DNA of 33,531 nt from IMG/VR virus record IMGVR_UViG_3300037461_000242, positions 1 to 33,531 of that record; one strand, given 5' to 3'. The translations under genes were made by a program, and so were the position numbers. Positions within the stretch are counted from its first letter, which is position 1. Each line of letters starts with the position of its first letter. This DNA comes from a virus. Its lineage: Duplodnaviria; Caudoviricetes. Shown here piece after piece: positions 14,727 to 22,837 of this stretch. Under the pieces are notes generated by a model. It worked only from the letters and a program-made list of their open reading frames with translations. It was not told the DNA's origin and ran no database searches.

Positions 14727-15347
14727 ATGGACGACCTGACCCTCCTGGTGCTCTGCAAGACCTCGAACGAGAAACCCTGTGGATGGATGACCCCTCCGGC
14801 GGTTCGGGTGGTCGATGAGGACGGATGCACCGCTGAGGAGCGGCGCGAGGAGGCTCTGGCCCTGGTCCGCGACAGGGAGCGGTACGAGGAAGCCGTGAAC
14901 GAGCTGACCCTGGCCCAGAAGCGCCAGCAGCCCGGGTACGATGGCAAGACCGTCTACGGGAACAAGTACGAGTCCACACGGAACATGACCACGGCAGAGA
15001 TCGCCAAGGCGTTCCGCGCGGACGTGAAAGCGGTGACCAAGGCGGGCAAGCTCCCCAAGGGCCTCAAGCTCTCGGTGCGGACGCGCTACTTCGCTGGGGG
15101 GTCCAGCATCGACGTGACGGTCAAGGGCGTTCCCGCTGGCTACCCGGTCGTCAACCCGAGCTATGACCCCGAGTGGCGGGCGGGCGCTCCGGTGAACGAC
15201 CGCTACAGCCCTGAGTTCCGGAAGGTGCTGGACACGCTCAAGGCCCTGCTGGATGCTTACAACTTCGACGGGTCGGACACCATGACCGATTACTTCCACG
15301 TGCGCTTCTACGGGCACGTGAACGTGGGCTACAGGCTGGGCGAGTGA
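14727..15347 (+). CDS. protein with large-polyvalent-protein-associated (LPD29/LPD25-like) domain
   Basis: AEIAKAFRADVK...KLSVRT..GGSSIDV...YNFDGSDTMTDYF. Confidence 0.6.
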   Translation: MDDLTLLVLCKTSNEKPCGWMTPPAVRVVDEDGCTAEERREEALALVRDRERYEEAVNELTLAQKRQQPGYDGKTVYGNKYESTRNMTTAEIAKAFRADVKAVTKAGKLPKGLKLSVRTRYFAGGSSIDVTVKGVPAGYPVVNPSYDPEWRAGAPVNDRYSPEFRKVLDTLKALLDAYNFDGSDTMTDYFHVRFYGHVNVGYRLGE

Positions 15348-15559
15348 AACCCTGCCCCCACAGGATCGAGATGAACGTGGAGCGGCGCCCCGCGAACGCC
15401 CTGTGCGTGGAAATAGGGGCGCCTGCTCCCCGCTGCATCAACAAGCGCCCGGAGCACTGGGCAGGGTTGGGGGTCAACTCCTCGATCCGCTGGCTGGCGA
15501 GTGGGGGAAGCGCTCTGGTCTTTGGGGTGTGCGACTACTGTTGCCTGAAGGAGAAGTGA
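15344..15559 (+). CDS. small Cys-rich protein
   Basis: GTGA overlap; CPH...CDYCC. Confidence 0.45.
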   Translation: MKPCPHRIEMNVERRPANALCVEIGAPAPRCINKRPEHWAGLGVNSSIRWLASGGSALVFGVCDYCCLKEK

Positions 15560-15560
15560 C

Positions 15561-15998
15561 ATGCCGCGTCGTCGCAATTCACCGAGCAACGCCGAAGCTG
15601 CGATCACGATCTACCGCAACCTGGAGGGCAAGCCCACCCAGGAGGATGACGAGAACTCTCTGAGCTACCACATCCTGGTGAGCGGGAACTACTCCCCGGG
15701 AAGGCCCCCGCCCCCGTGCTCGGATCACGACCACCCCAACTTCTCGGACCCCGGGGACGGACCCGAGTTCGACTACGGCAAGATCGAGATCGATGAAGTC
15801 GTGGACTGGGAGGGGGAGCCCGTTGTGGAGGGCCACGCGCTCTTTGGGCGGGTTCTGAAGCCGGAGCAGATAGAGCTGACCTCGGCTGAGGACGACAGCC
15901 TCTACGAGGCTCTGGGTTCGTCCTACGACCACGACGACGGACCCGACCCGGATGAGGCTTACGAACGCTGGCGGGACAGGCAGGACGATGATTGCTAG
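15561..15998 (+). CDS. acidic hypothetical phage protein
   Basis: AAGGAG SD; C-terminal DPDEAYERWRD. Confidence 0.7.
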   Translation: MPRRRNSPSNAEAAITIYRNLEGKPTQEDDENSLSYHILVSGNYSPGRPPPPCSDHDHPNFSDPGDGPEFDYGKIEIDEVVDWEGEPVVEGHALFGRVLKPEQIELTSAEDDSLYEALGSSYDHDDGPDPDEAYERWRDRQDDDC

Positions 15999-16293
15999 AG
16001 CCCTCCTTCTGACTCTGCTCTTGCTCCCCTCCCCGGGTGGGGCGAAGCCCTGTGTCCTCAAGGGCAAGCTCTTGTACGGGCGCGTGCAGGTGGTCAACTC
16101 CTTCCCTGACCTCAAGGTCCAGGTGGTCAAGTCGTTCCCACACCTGCGAGTCCAACAAGTGGCGAGCTTCCCTAACCGTTGCGGGAGGTGGCAGTTCGTC
16201 AAGTCGTTCCCTGACCTCAAGGTCCAGTTCGTCAAGTCGTTCCCTGACCTCAAGGTCCAGTTCGTGACCTCCTTCCCGGGCGTTCCCCACTGA
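15988..16293 (+). CDS. secreted repeat protein, DUF6150/7_1-knot-like
   Basis: hydrophobic signal peptide; 11-aa VxxVxSFPDLK repeats; CxxxGxxxxGxV and CGxW motifs. Confidence 0.65.
   Translation: MIARALLLTLLLLPSPGGAKPCVLKGKLLYGRVQVVNSFPDLKVQVVKSFPHLRVQQVASFPNRCGRWQFVKSFPDLKVQFVKSFPDLKVQFVTSFPGVPH
16192..16265 (+). repeat. 33-bp in-frame tandem duplication
   Basis: CAGTTCGTCAAGTCGTTCCCTGACCTCAAGGTC x2 plus a partial copy. Confidence 0.9.
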
Positions 16294-16300
16294 AAATAAA

Positions 16301-16332
16301 TGATGGACAGCCATCCATCAACCTGCTACAGT
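16301..16332 (+). promoter_or_regulatory. variant promoter (copy 9) with inverted spacer motif
   Basis: TGGACA-17 nt-TACAGT; TGATGGA-N6-TCCATCA inverted repeat. Confidence 0.55.
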
Positions 16333-16338
16333 AAAAGC

Positions 16339-16824
16339 ATGAGAGACGTTTTCGTTTTCGTGAGACACGGGCACTACGACAAGGAGGGTGTGTCGGTGCC
16401 CGAGCGCGTGACCGCGCCGCTCACGAGCAAGGGCATGGATGCCGCGATTGAGGCTGGCGAGTGGCTGGCCCGCCGGGGCATCCAGCCTGACCTGGTGATG
16501 GCTACGCGCACCAGGAGGACCCAGGACACGGCGGAGCTGGTGGCTGAGGCCCTGGGCACCAAGACCACGGTGATGAGCGTGCCACGGGGCTTCCAGAGCG
16601 CGGAGGGCCTGGAGAAACTGCTAGACGAGTGGGCACCACCGATGCTGTACAAGAGCACGGGGCGGACGGTGGTGTTCGTGGGGCACCACACTCAGCAGGA
16701 TACGTGCCAGCGCGAGCTGGAGGGTGAGCCCGAGCTGCCGCGCAAGGCGCGGGGCAGCGTGCTGGTGTACGAGCGGCGTGGGGCAAAGTGGGTGTTGTCC
16801 GGATACCACGTAGGCTTAGAGTAG
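16339..16824 (+). CDS. histidine phosphatase superfamily protein (SixA-like)
   Basis: FVRHG, PLT..G, RTQDTA, VFVGH; about 160 aa. Confidence 0.8.
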   Translation: MRDVFVFVRHGHYDKEGVSVPERVTAPLTSKGMDAAIEAGEWLARRGIQPDLVMATRTRRTQDTAELVAEALGTKTTVMSVPRGFQSAEGLEKLLDEWAPPMLYKSTGRTVVFVGHHTQQDTCQRELEGEPELPRKARGSVLVYERRGAKWVLSGYHVGLE

Positions 16825-16845
16825 GGGAGTCACCAGGAGCTACCT

Positions 16846-17145
16846 ATGAAAGTCAGCGAACAGATCCGAGCCTCCATGCGCCAGGCGGATGACACGCCTC
16901 CCGGCCACCGCTTCCAGCAAGAGCTGTCGAAGGTGGACAAGAACATGAAGGTGACCCCCCAGATTCGCAAGAAGGTCTTCGCGGCAGTCTGGAAGAAGTA
17001 CAAGTCCATCGGGGACGGACTCCTGCTCGGTGGCAAGCACGTCATCATGGATGCTCCCGATGGGTACCACCGCTACACCATGGAGGACATGACCGACGCC
17101 GAGCTGATTACCTTCGCTCGCTGGAAGAAAATCCTCCTCAGTTAG
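16846..17145 (+). CDS. hypothetical protein (MKVSEQIRA N-terminal motif)
   Basis: AGGAG SD. Confidence 0.7.
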   Translation: MKVSEQIRASMRQADDTPPGHRFQQELSKVDKNMKVTPQIRKKVFAAVWKKYKSIGDGLLLGGKHVIMDAPDGYHRYTMEDMTDAELITFARWKKILLS

Positions 17146-17167
17146 CCCTCCGGGTTAGCCTTTCCGC

Positions 17168-17482
17168 ATGAAGCTCAGCCAGCTAGTGCAGCTCCGCCAG
17201 GCGTATGACCTGAGCGTTTCGATTGCGCCCACGTCACCCTTGTCTCTTCAGAACACTCCTCTGACGGTCAGGTCTCCTGGGGAAGAGATGACCCAGAAGA
17301 CCTGGAGGGCGTGGACTCTGGTTCTGGAAGAGAAGGATCGGAGCTTGGTGGTGGATCTCCTCCAGCGCTACCTGATCGTCCATCGGAATCCGGGGGGAGA
17401 GTGGTTTGAGGGCACATCTCGCGAAATGCTTGGACAAATTGGCCTGGAGAACGCTCTCCGGCGCTTCGGAACCCCCAAGTAG
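17168..17482 (+). CDS. hypothetical protein (MKLSQLV N-terminal motif)
   Basis: ORF preceded by GGGTTAG motif. Confidence 0.6.
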   Translation: MKLSQLVQLRQAYDLSVSIAPTSPLSLQNTPLTVRSPGEEMTQKTWRAWTLVLEEKDRSLVVDLLQRYLIVHRNPGGEWFEGTSREMLGQIGLENALRRFGTPK

Positions 17483-17540
17483 GATCTTTTCGGTATGCGC
17501 GGTTATCTCGGAATCCTGTAGAAGGATATAGGAGCCCCGC

Positions 17541-18143
17541 ATGTTCGTCGTTTTGGAAGGTATCGATGGAGCTGGCACGACCACAGGCGCCAAACTCGTA
17601 GCAGAAGCCCTGGCGAAAGAAGGGATCCCCGTCGTCTTCACCTTCGAGCCTTCAGACGGACCCATAGGCAGCCTGGCGCGCAAGGCCCTCCAACACAAGA
17701 TCGAGATCGACTTCCGGGGGATGCTGGGGCTCTTCGTAGCCGACCGATGGTGGCACATTGACAACGTGCTCAAGCCCGCCCTCGACCGAGGGCAGATCGT
17801 CATCTGTGACCGCTACCACTTCTCTACCTGGGTCTATCAACAAGACGTTTTCTCCCAAGCCATCATCGAGGAGCTACAGAAGGACCTTCTGGTTCCCGAC
17901 CTGGTGTATCTCCTCGACGTGCCCGCCGAGATCGCCCACAAACGCAAGAAGGGTGGGGAAGAGAAGTACGACGCCTTGGAGCGACAGAAGGTCTACCGGC
18001 AGCGCTACCTCACCGCCTCCCTGATGAACGGGGGCTATCGGCTGGGGAAAGAAGAGGTCTTCTGTCTGGACTCAGAGTTCATGTCTGCCTCTTACAACTC
18101 GGAGAGGATCATCCGCGATATAAAGGAGCGAAGGAAATCATGA
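17541..18143 (+). CDS. tmk: thymidylate kinase
   Basis: EGIDGAGTTT P-loop, TFEP, LFVADR..H, ICDRY.FS..VYQ, PDL...LD. Confidence 0.92.
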   Translation: MFVVLEGIDGAGTTTGAKLVAEALAKEGIPVVFTFEPSDGPIGSLARKALQHKIEIDFRGMLGLFVADRWWHIDNVLKPALDRGQIVICDRYHFSTWVYQQDVFSQAIIEELQKDLLVPDLVYLLDVPAEIAHKRKKGGEEKYDALERQKVYRQRYLTASLMNGGYRLGKEEVFCLDSEFMSASYNSERIIRDIKERRKS

Positions 18144-18853
18144 TGAACGGGACTCGACTTCCGATGGTGACCGTTGTGGGCCTTATAGGCTCTGGGAAGT
18201 CCACTCTAACTGAAGAGCTGGGCGTTGCCCTGGGGCCAAACACTCTGATCCTTCGGGAGCCTGTCATCGAGAACGGAGGGAACCCCTACCTCGCCGATTA
18301 CTACGCGGAGCCCAAGCGGTGGTCCCTGACGATGCAGGTTCACCTCCTCGCCCTTCGGTTTCGGATGCACAAGCATGCTCAATGGCACAGCCTCCAGGGT
18401 CACGGGGCCAGTGTCATCGACGGCAGCTACTACATGGACACCGCGTTCGCTCGTCTCCAGCTCAAGCTAGGACTCATGGAGCCGCGCGAGTTTGACACCT
18501 ACTCCGCCATCTATCATGCGATGACTGCTTCGGTCCTCTACCCCACAGCGTGTGTCCGGGTGCTTGTAGACCCCACGACTTGCAATCGGAGGATCTCCCG
18601 ACGGATGGAGCGTATCGAAGGTCGAAAGTGCGAGAGTGCTATCGACCTCAACTACCTCCAAAACCTCGATGGTGAGATCGAGCACATGGTGTCCGTCCTC
18701 AAGCACAACGGGGTCACTCACTTCGACATGCCCTGGGATCTGGACAGGGACAACCCCGAAGCCCGCCAGCAAGCCGTTCAAGGACTCGCCGCTCGCATCC
18801 TCGCTACTCGCCCGCCAGACCCCTTCCTGGACCTGCACCGACGCACCATGTAG
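18140..18853 (+). CDS. deoxynucleoside kinase family protein
   Basis: GLIGSGKST, LREPV, NPYLADYY.EPKRW, RISRR...E...YLQNL. Confidence 0.85.
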   Translation: MMNGTRLPMVTVVGLIGSGKSTLTEELGVALGPNTLILREPVIENGGNPYLADYYAEPKRWSLTMQVHLLALRFRMHKHAQWHSLQGHGASVIDGSYYMDTAFARLQLKLGLMEPREFDTYSAIYHAMTASVLYPTACVRVLVDPTTCNRRISRRMERIEGRKCESAIDLNYLQNLDGEIEHMVSVLKHNGVTHFDMPWDLDRDNPEARQQAVQGLAARILATRPPDPFLDLHRRTM

Positions 18854-18871
18854 GGGTTAGAATCCCTTGTC

Positions 18872-19951
18872 ATGGTCAAGCTCATTCATTGCGGCACCTT
18901 TCTCGTATCCGGCGCCGAGCCCGGGAAGATCAAAGTCCAGCGTAAGGACACCGGGCGGTGGGTCACCATCAACAAGGAGACCCTGAAAGAGAAGCCGGAC
19001 GAGTACGCCAAGCCCAAGAAGAGTGAGCAAGGACTCAGCAAGAAAGAGAAGAAATCCAAACGCAAGGAGAAGGTCCAGAAGGAAGTCTCCAAGCGTGAGA
19101 AGGTGACGAAGCTCCAGCAGAAGAAGGACACCAAGGACAAGCAGCGCGAGCTGAAGCAGAAGTTCAAGACGGACGAGCAGAAGAAAGAGGACAAGCCCCC
19201 TGAGACTTCTGATTCGGCTGAGACCATCCGTTGGTATCTGGAACACGAGGGGTTGAGCGAGAAAGCCAAGCCTGAGAAGGTGAACAAGGTCAAGGAGACT
19301 CTCAAGAAAGTCCTCGACAAGAGCAAGCCGCCGGAGAAGGGTGGGAAGTGCAAGCCGAAGACGAAGCTCGTTCGCGTTCTCGACCCAGAGACTGGCAAGC
19401 ACAAGATCAAGTGCGTGCCCGACAAGGCCAAGGCTCCCGGTATCACCGACCTCAAGGGTCCGAAGCCCAAGAAGGGCCTGGAGCGCATCGACCCCAAGGT
19501 CCAAGAGAAGGAACAGAAGGATAAGCAGAAGGCGGAGGAGGCCAAGAAGCGGCAGAAGGCTCTGGAGTTCGCCAAGAAACAGAAGGCGAAGGACGAGGCC
19601 CTGAAGAAGACGCCCCCTCCCCCTCCTCCGAAGAAGAAAAAGAAGGCAGGCTCTTTCGTTGGGGGAGAAGGTCCCAAGCCCAAGGCTCCTGAGCCCCCCG
19701 AGTTCGACCCTGAGCTGACTTCCCGGGAGCGCCTCGAAAAGAAGGAGGAGGAACGGGAGAAGGAAAGGGAGAAAGAGCGGGAAGAGGCAAAGAAGCAACT
19801 CCTGAAGGACCAGGAGAAGCGGGAGAACCCTCCGAAGGTGAAGCCCAGCGAGGTCCCCAAGCCTCCGAAGGCGCCGAAGATCCCGGACATCCGGAAGATC
19901 CGTCCGGTGCGAGTCAAACCGATCAAGCCGCCGAAGCCACCACGAATATGA
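18872..19951 (+). CDS. very Lys/Glu/Pro-rich low-complexity protein
   Basis: 359 aa dominated by AAG/GAG codons. Confidence 0.8.
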   Translation: MVKLIHCGTFLVSGAEPGKIKVQRKDTGRWVTINKETLKEKPDEYAKPKKSEQGLSKKEKKSKRKEKVQKEVSKREKVTKLQQKKDTKDKQRELKQKFKTDEQKKEDKPPETSDSAETIRWYLEHEGLSEKAKPEKVNKVKETLKKVLDKSKPPEKGGKCKPKTKLVRVLDPETGKHKIKCVPDKAKAPGITDLKGPKPKKGLERIDPKVQEKEQKDKQKAEEAKKRQKALEFAKKQKAKDEALKKTPPPPPPKKKKKAGSFVGGEGPKPKAPEPPEFDPELTSRERLEKKEEEREKEREKEREEAKKQLLKDQEKRENPPKVKPSEVPKPPKAPKIPDIRKIRPVRVKPIKPPKPPRI

Positions 19952-20253
19952 GACTCAGCGAGATCATGCGGGTCGCCCGCGAAACGATAGATGAGGTCCG
20001 CTACCTCCACTACCTGGACCCGGAGACGGACAAAGCCTTCCTCATCTTCCACACCCCGACTCCGTTCACCCTCCAGTTCTTGCAGAAGGCTCGGGCGCGC
20101 TACGACACGATGGAACAGGGGTACATCCTGCCGGTGAAAGACGCCCCCGAGAAGCTTTCCAGCACCACGTGGAAGTATCCCCTCTCCGCTCCGCTCAAAT
20201 GGGTGCGGGTGCGTACCCTCCTCGAAGATATCCAAGTAGACGCCTGGGAGTAG
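19948..20253 (+). CDS. hypothetical protein (MRLSEIMRVA motif)
   Basis: ATGA overlap. Confidence 0.7.
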   Translation: MRLSEIMRVARETIDEVRYLHYLDPETDKAFLIFHTPTPFTLQFLQKARARYDTMEQGYILPVKDAPEKLSSTTWKYPLSAPLKWVRVRTLLEDIQVDAWE

Positions 20254-20291
20254 CTCCCTGGCTTAGTCTCTCCACGTAAGACTGGAGAGTC

Positions 20292-21011
20292 ATGCTACAT
20301 CCTAGTGATCAAGACCCCGGCGTCATCCAGAGAGCTGGCGTGATCTTCGATATCGATGACACGTTGGCGGATAGCTCATGGAGAGAGAACCTGGACTATG
20401 TGGACCCCTCAGTCCTTATGGGGGATCCCGTCATCGAACCCGTCTACAGCTTGGCGAAAGAATGGGAGCAGCAAAGTACCAACACCTTCCCACCTACCCA
20501 GGTTGACGTGGTGTACCTCACCGGGCGGGGTCACTCCCTGTGGGTGCCTACGAAGCTGTGGCTCAGTAAGCACAAGCTCTTCGGGCAACTCATCTGCCGC
20601 CCCACCAGCGTGACAGAGCGGGAAATCCCTCTCTGGAAGGCCCGGACCATCGCCGAGCTGATGAAGAAGCATCGCTGGCAGCACGTGACCCTGTACGAGA
20701 ACAACGTCCAGACCCTGAAGTTGACCCAGAGCAAAATCCCCGAGTTCGCTTTCACTCCGGCGCTGGTCATCGCCGACGGAGAGAAGGTGTCCACCAGCTC
20801 CAAGATGACGGGTCTGCCCGAGAAGGACGTACTCAACTTCCAGATCCTCATGGGTCGTTTGGCGGAGGACAAGGGATGGAAGTCCCTGCTCCTCAAGAAG
20901 TGGGGTTCCCGGTCGGATCTCCTGGATGCCGCGCAGGACTTCATCCACGGCAAAGAGAATCGTCGGGAGTTTCGCCAGATGATCGACAGACTCTGGACTA
21001 GGACGAACTGA
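20292..21011 (+). CDS. HAD-superfamily phosphatase resembling the PNKP 3'-phosphatase domain
   Basis: FDIDDTLAD, YLTGR, LICRP, WK, YENN. Confidence 0.75.
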   Translation: MLHPSDQDPGVIQRAGVIFDIDDTLADSSWRENLDYVDPSVLMGDPVIEPVYSLAKEWEQQSTNTFPPTQVDVVYLTGRGHSLWVPTKLWLSKHKLFGQLICRPTSVTEREIPLWKARTIAELMKKHRWQHVTLYENNVQTLKLTQSKIPEFAFTPALVIADGEKVSTSSKMTGLPEKDVLNFQILMGRLAEDKGWKSLLLKKWGSRSDLLDAAQDFIHGKENRREFRQMIDRLWTRTN

Positions 21012-21643
21012 TGCGTCTTGCCAAAGAAATGTTGAGGGCCACCCCGACCGCGATCCTCAAGCGGGCGAAGCAAGCCACGGTCGTCCAGTTCGCGGTCACT
21101 CCCGACTACGACCAGCTCAACCGTCCTCACGCCTACATCGTGGGAGCGGTGGTATGCGCCCCTCCGCATGGGACCGGGAAACTGCACTCGGTCGAAGCGA
21201 GGCTCTACAACCCGGTGACTCAGGCCCCAACGTGGGTGAGCTGCGACTGCGGAAACATGAGGTATACCTGGGAGGTCGCCCTCTCCAACCACATGTCTTC
21301 CAGCAAGCGCTGTTCGAATGGTAAGGCCCCCTCGTGTCGGAATCCTCGGCAGATCCCCGGGCTCTGCAAGCACCTAGCGAAGTTCATCGCCAAGGCGATC
21401 ACCTCTTCTGCGGTGCGAAAGGTCTTGTTCCAGCTTCCGGCCAAGGAGGTCAAGAAGGTTCGTCAAGAAGGGCTCATGAACAAGAGAGGCATCCCCGAGA
21501 GGTTGCCCAAGAAGGGCTTTTGCAAGCCTCCTCCGAAGAAGTCGAAGAAGCCCCAGAGACCCGAGGACAGGGAGCGACCGAAGATCTTGCCCTATGGGGA
21601 GAACAGCCTGCCGCCAGGTGGGGAGCAGCGATGCAAAAAGTAG
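21011..21643 (+). CDS. SWIM-type zinc-finger protein
   Basis: VSCDC...LCKHL; TGATG coupling. Confidence 0.75.
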   Translation: MRLAKEMLRATPTAILKRAKQATVVQFAVTPDYDQLNRPHAYIVGAVVCAPPHGTGKLHSVEARLYNPVTQAPTWVSCDCGNMRYTWEVALSNHMSSSKRCSNGKAPSCRNPRQIPGLCKHLAKFIAKAITSSAVRKVLFQLPAKEVKKVRQEGLMNKRGIPERLPKKGFCKPPPKKSKKPQRPEDRERPKILPYGENSLPPGGEQRCKK

Positions 21644-22581
21644 ACAAGCTCAAGACCTTCTCTCCGCTAGCGCGTAAGAAGTTCGTCAGGGCAGATGAAG
21701 GGCAAGGCATCCAGGAGGTCCCCCCACCCCCCGTGGCGGTTCCCGAGCTGGAGAAGAAAGAGGACGTTCCGTCCAAGTTCTTGGCGGGGATCCTGTTCTT
21801 GAGTCAGGGAAGGATCCTCCTCTGCCACAAGACCAACGGCTCCTTGAGCTACTGGTACACCCCTGTGGGTCGGGTTACGAAGGACAAGCACGGGATGCAC
21901 AGGCACCTCTGGGCTGCCGCGAAGGACAAGGCCAGCGCAGTCCTGGGGACCCTTCCTCCCGGCACCCGAAGAGCCACCCGCAAGCACTTCTACCTTAACA
22001 AGAAGGCCAACACTGTCTATCTGACCTATGTGTGCGAGGTACCCCCGGGCGCACTGAAGTGGACTCCGACCCTAGGTCCCGACGCTGACTCCTACATCTG
22101 GGCCAGCCAGGATGACGCGGAGAACATGACGATCAGCCCGACCACCAAGCGGGTTCTTGAGAACGGAGATATCTGGGAGGGCAAGTTCTTCTCCCCGATC
22201 AACTTGGTCATGGAGCGCGAGGCAACTCTGGGAGACCTGGTGCAAGAGGGGGCAGAGAACTACGAGAAGATCAACAGAGTCGCTGAGACCCTGTTCGGCA
22301 AGATGTCGAAGGACATGCGGTTCACTCGTTTGGAGATGATCATCGTCGGAAACAGCCAGGCTACTCCGAAGGCGGGTGTCTCCGGGGTGTTGCACAGAGA
22401 AGACATTGCAGAGCAAGAGCTGTTCTTCGACGTTTCCCTGGCGATGATCGATGGCGTCGTCAAGATCGAGGTCTCCCTGAAGAAGGTGGGGGAGACGAAG
22501 AGGGGTTCCGCTACTACACCCGGCCAGATCGCGCAGATTCCTGCGTGGGTAGTTTCCAAACTGGATGAGTACGGTACCTGA
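21631..22581 (+). CDS. protein with degenerate NUDIX-like domain
   Basis: AGILFLSQGRILL...W.TPVG...AA; NUDIX-box glutamates absent. Confidence 0.55.
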   Translation: MQKVDKLKTFSPLARKKFVRADEGQGIQEVPPPPVAVPELEKKEDVPSKFLAGILFLSQGRILLCHKTNGSLSYWYTPVGRVTKDKHGMHRHLWAAAKDKASAVLGTLPPGTRRATRKHFYLNKKANTVYLTYVCEVPPGALKWTPTLGPDADSYIWASQDDAENMTISPTTKRVLENGDIWEGKFFSPINLVMEREATLGDLVQEGAENYEKINRVAETLFGKMSKDMRFTRLEMIIVGNSQATPKAGVSGVLHREDIAEQELFFDVSLAMIDGVVKIEVSLKKVGETKRGSATTPGQIAQIPAWVVSKLDEYGT

Positions 22582-22605
22582 CAATCATCTGGTATAGGAT
22601 ATCCC

Positions 22606-22836
22606 GTGAAACTGTCAGAAATCATGAGATCGGCTGCGGAGGCTGACCCCGAAGAGGCCCGCGAAAAGATCGGGGAACTGGTAGACTACCTGGAGAGGAA
22701 CGGATCCTCTCTGATCAAGGTCTGTGGGCGCCCCTTTGCCAAGGAATTGCGTCCTCTCTTGCGCCGGTTGGGTTCCGTAGGTAGTGTACTAGAGATCTTG
22801 CTGGACACCCGGGAGGATCTTGAAGCCAGGAGATGA
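22606..22836 (+). CDS. hypothetical protein (MKLSEIMRSA motif)
   Basis: GTG after AGGA. Confidence 0.65.
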   Translation: MKLSEIMRSAAEADPEEAREKIGELVDYLERNGSSLIKVCGRPFAKELRPLLRRLGSVGSVLEILLDTREDLEARR

Positions 22837-22837
22837 C

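Noticed and set aside
16060-16290. CRISPR-like or non-coding tandem repeat
   Set aside because: The 33-bp period is in frame and encodes 11-aa protein repeats without unique spacers
4590-16340. Recurrent peptide [IM][HD]TCYCLS at the starts of several ORF-track proteins
   Set aside because: It is the translation of the repeated promoter DNA caused by over-extended starts, not a protein motif
18857-20235. Long minus-strand ORFs (313 and 449 aa, Leu/Phe/Ser-rich)
   Set aside because: Antisense shadows of the AAG/GAG-rich plus-strand gene
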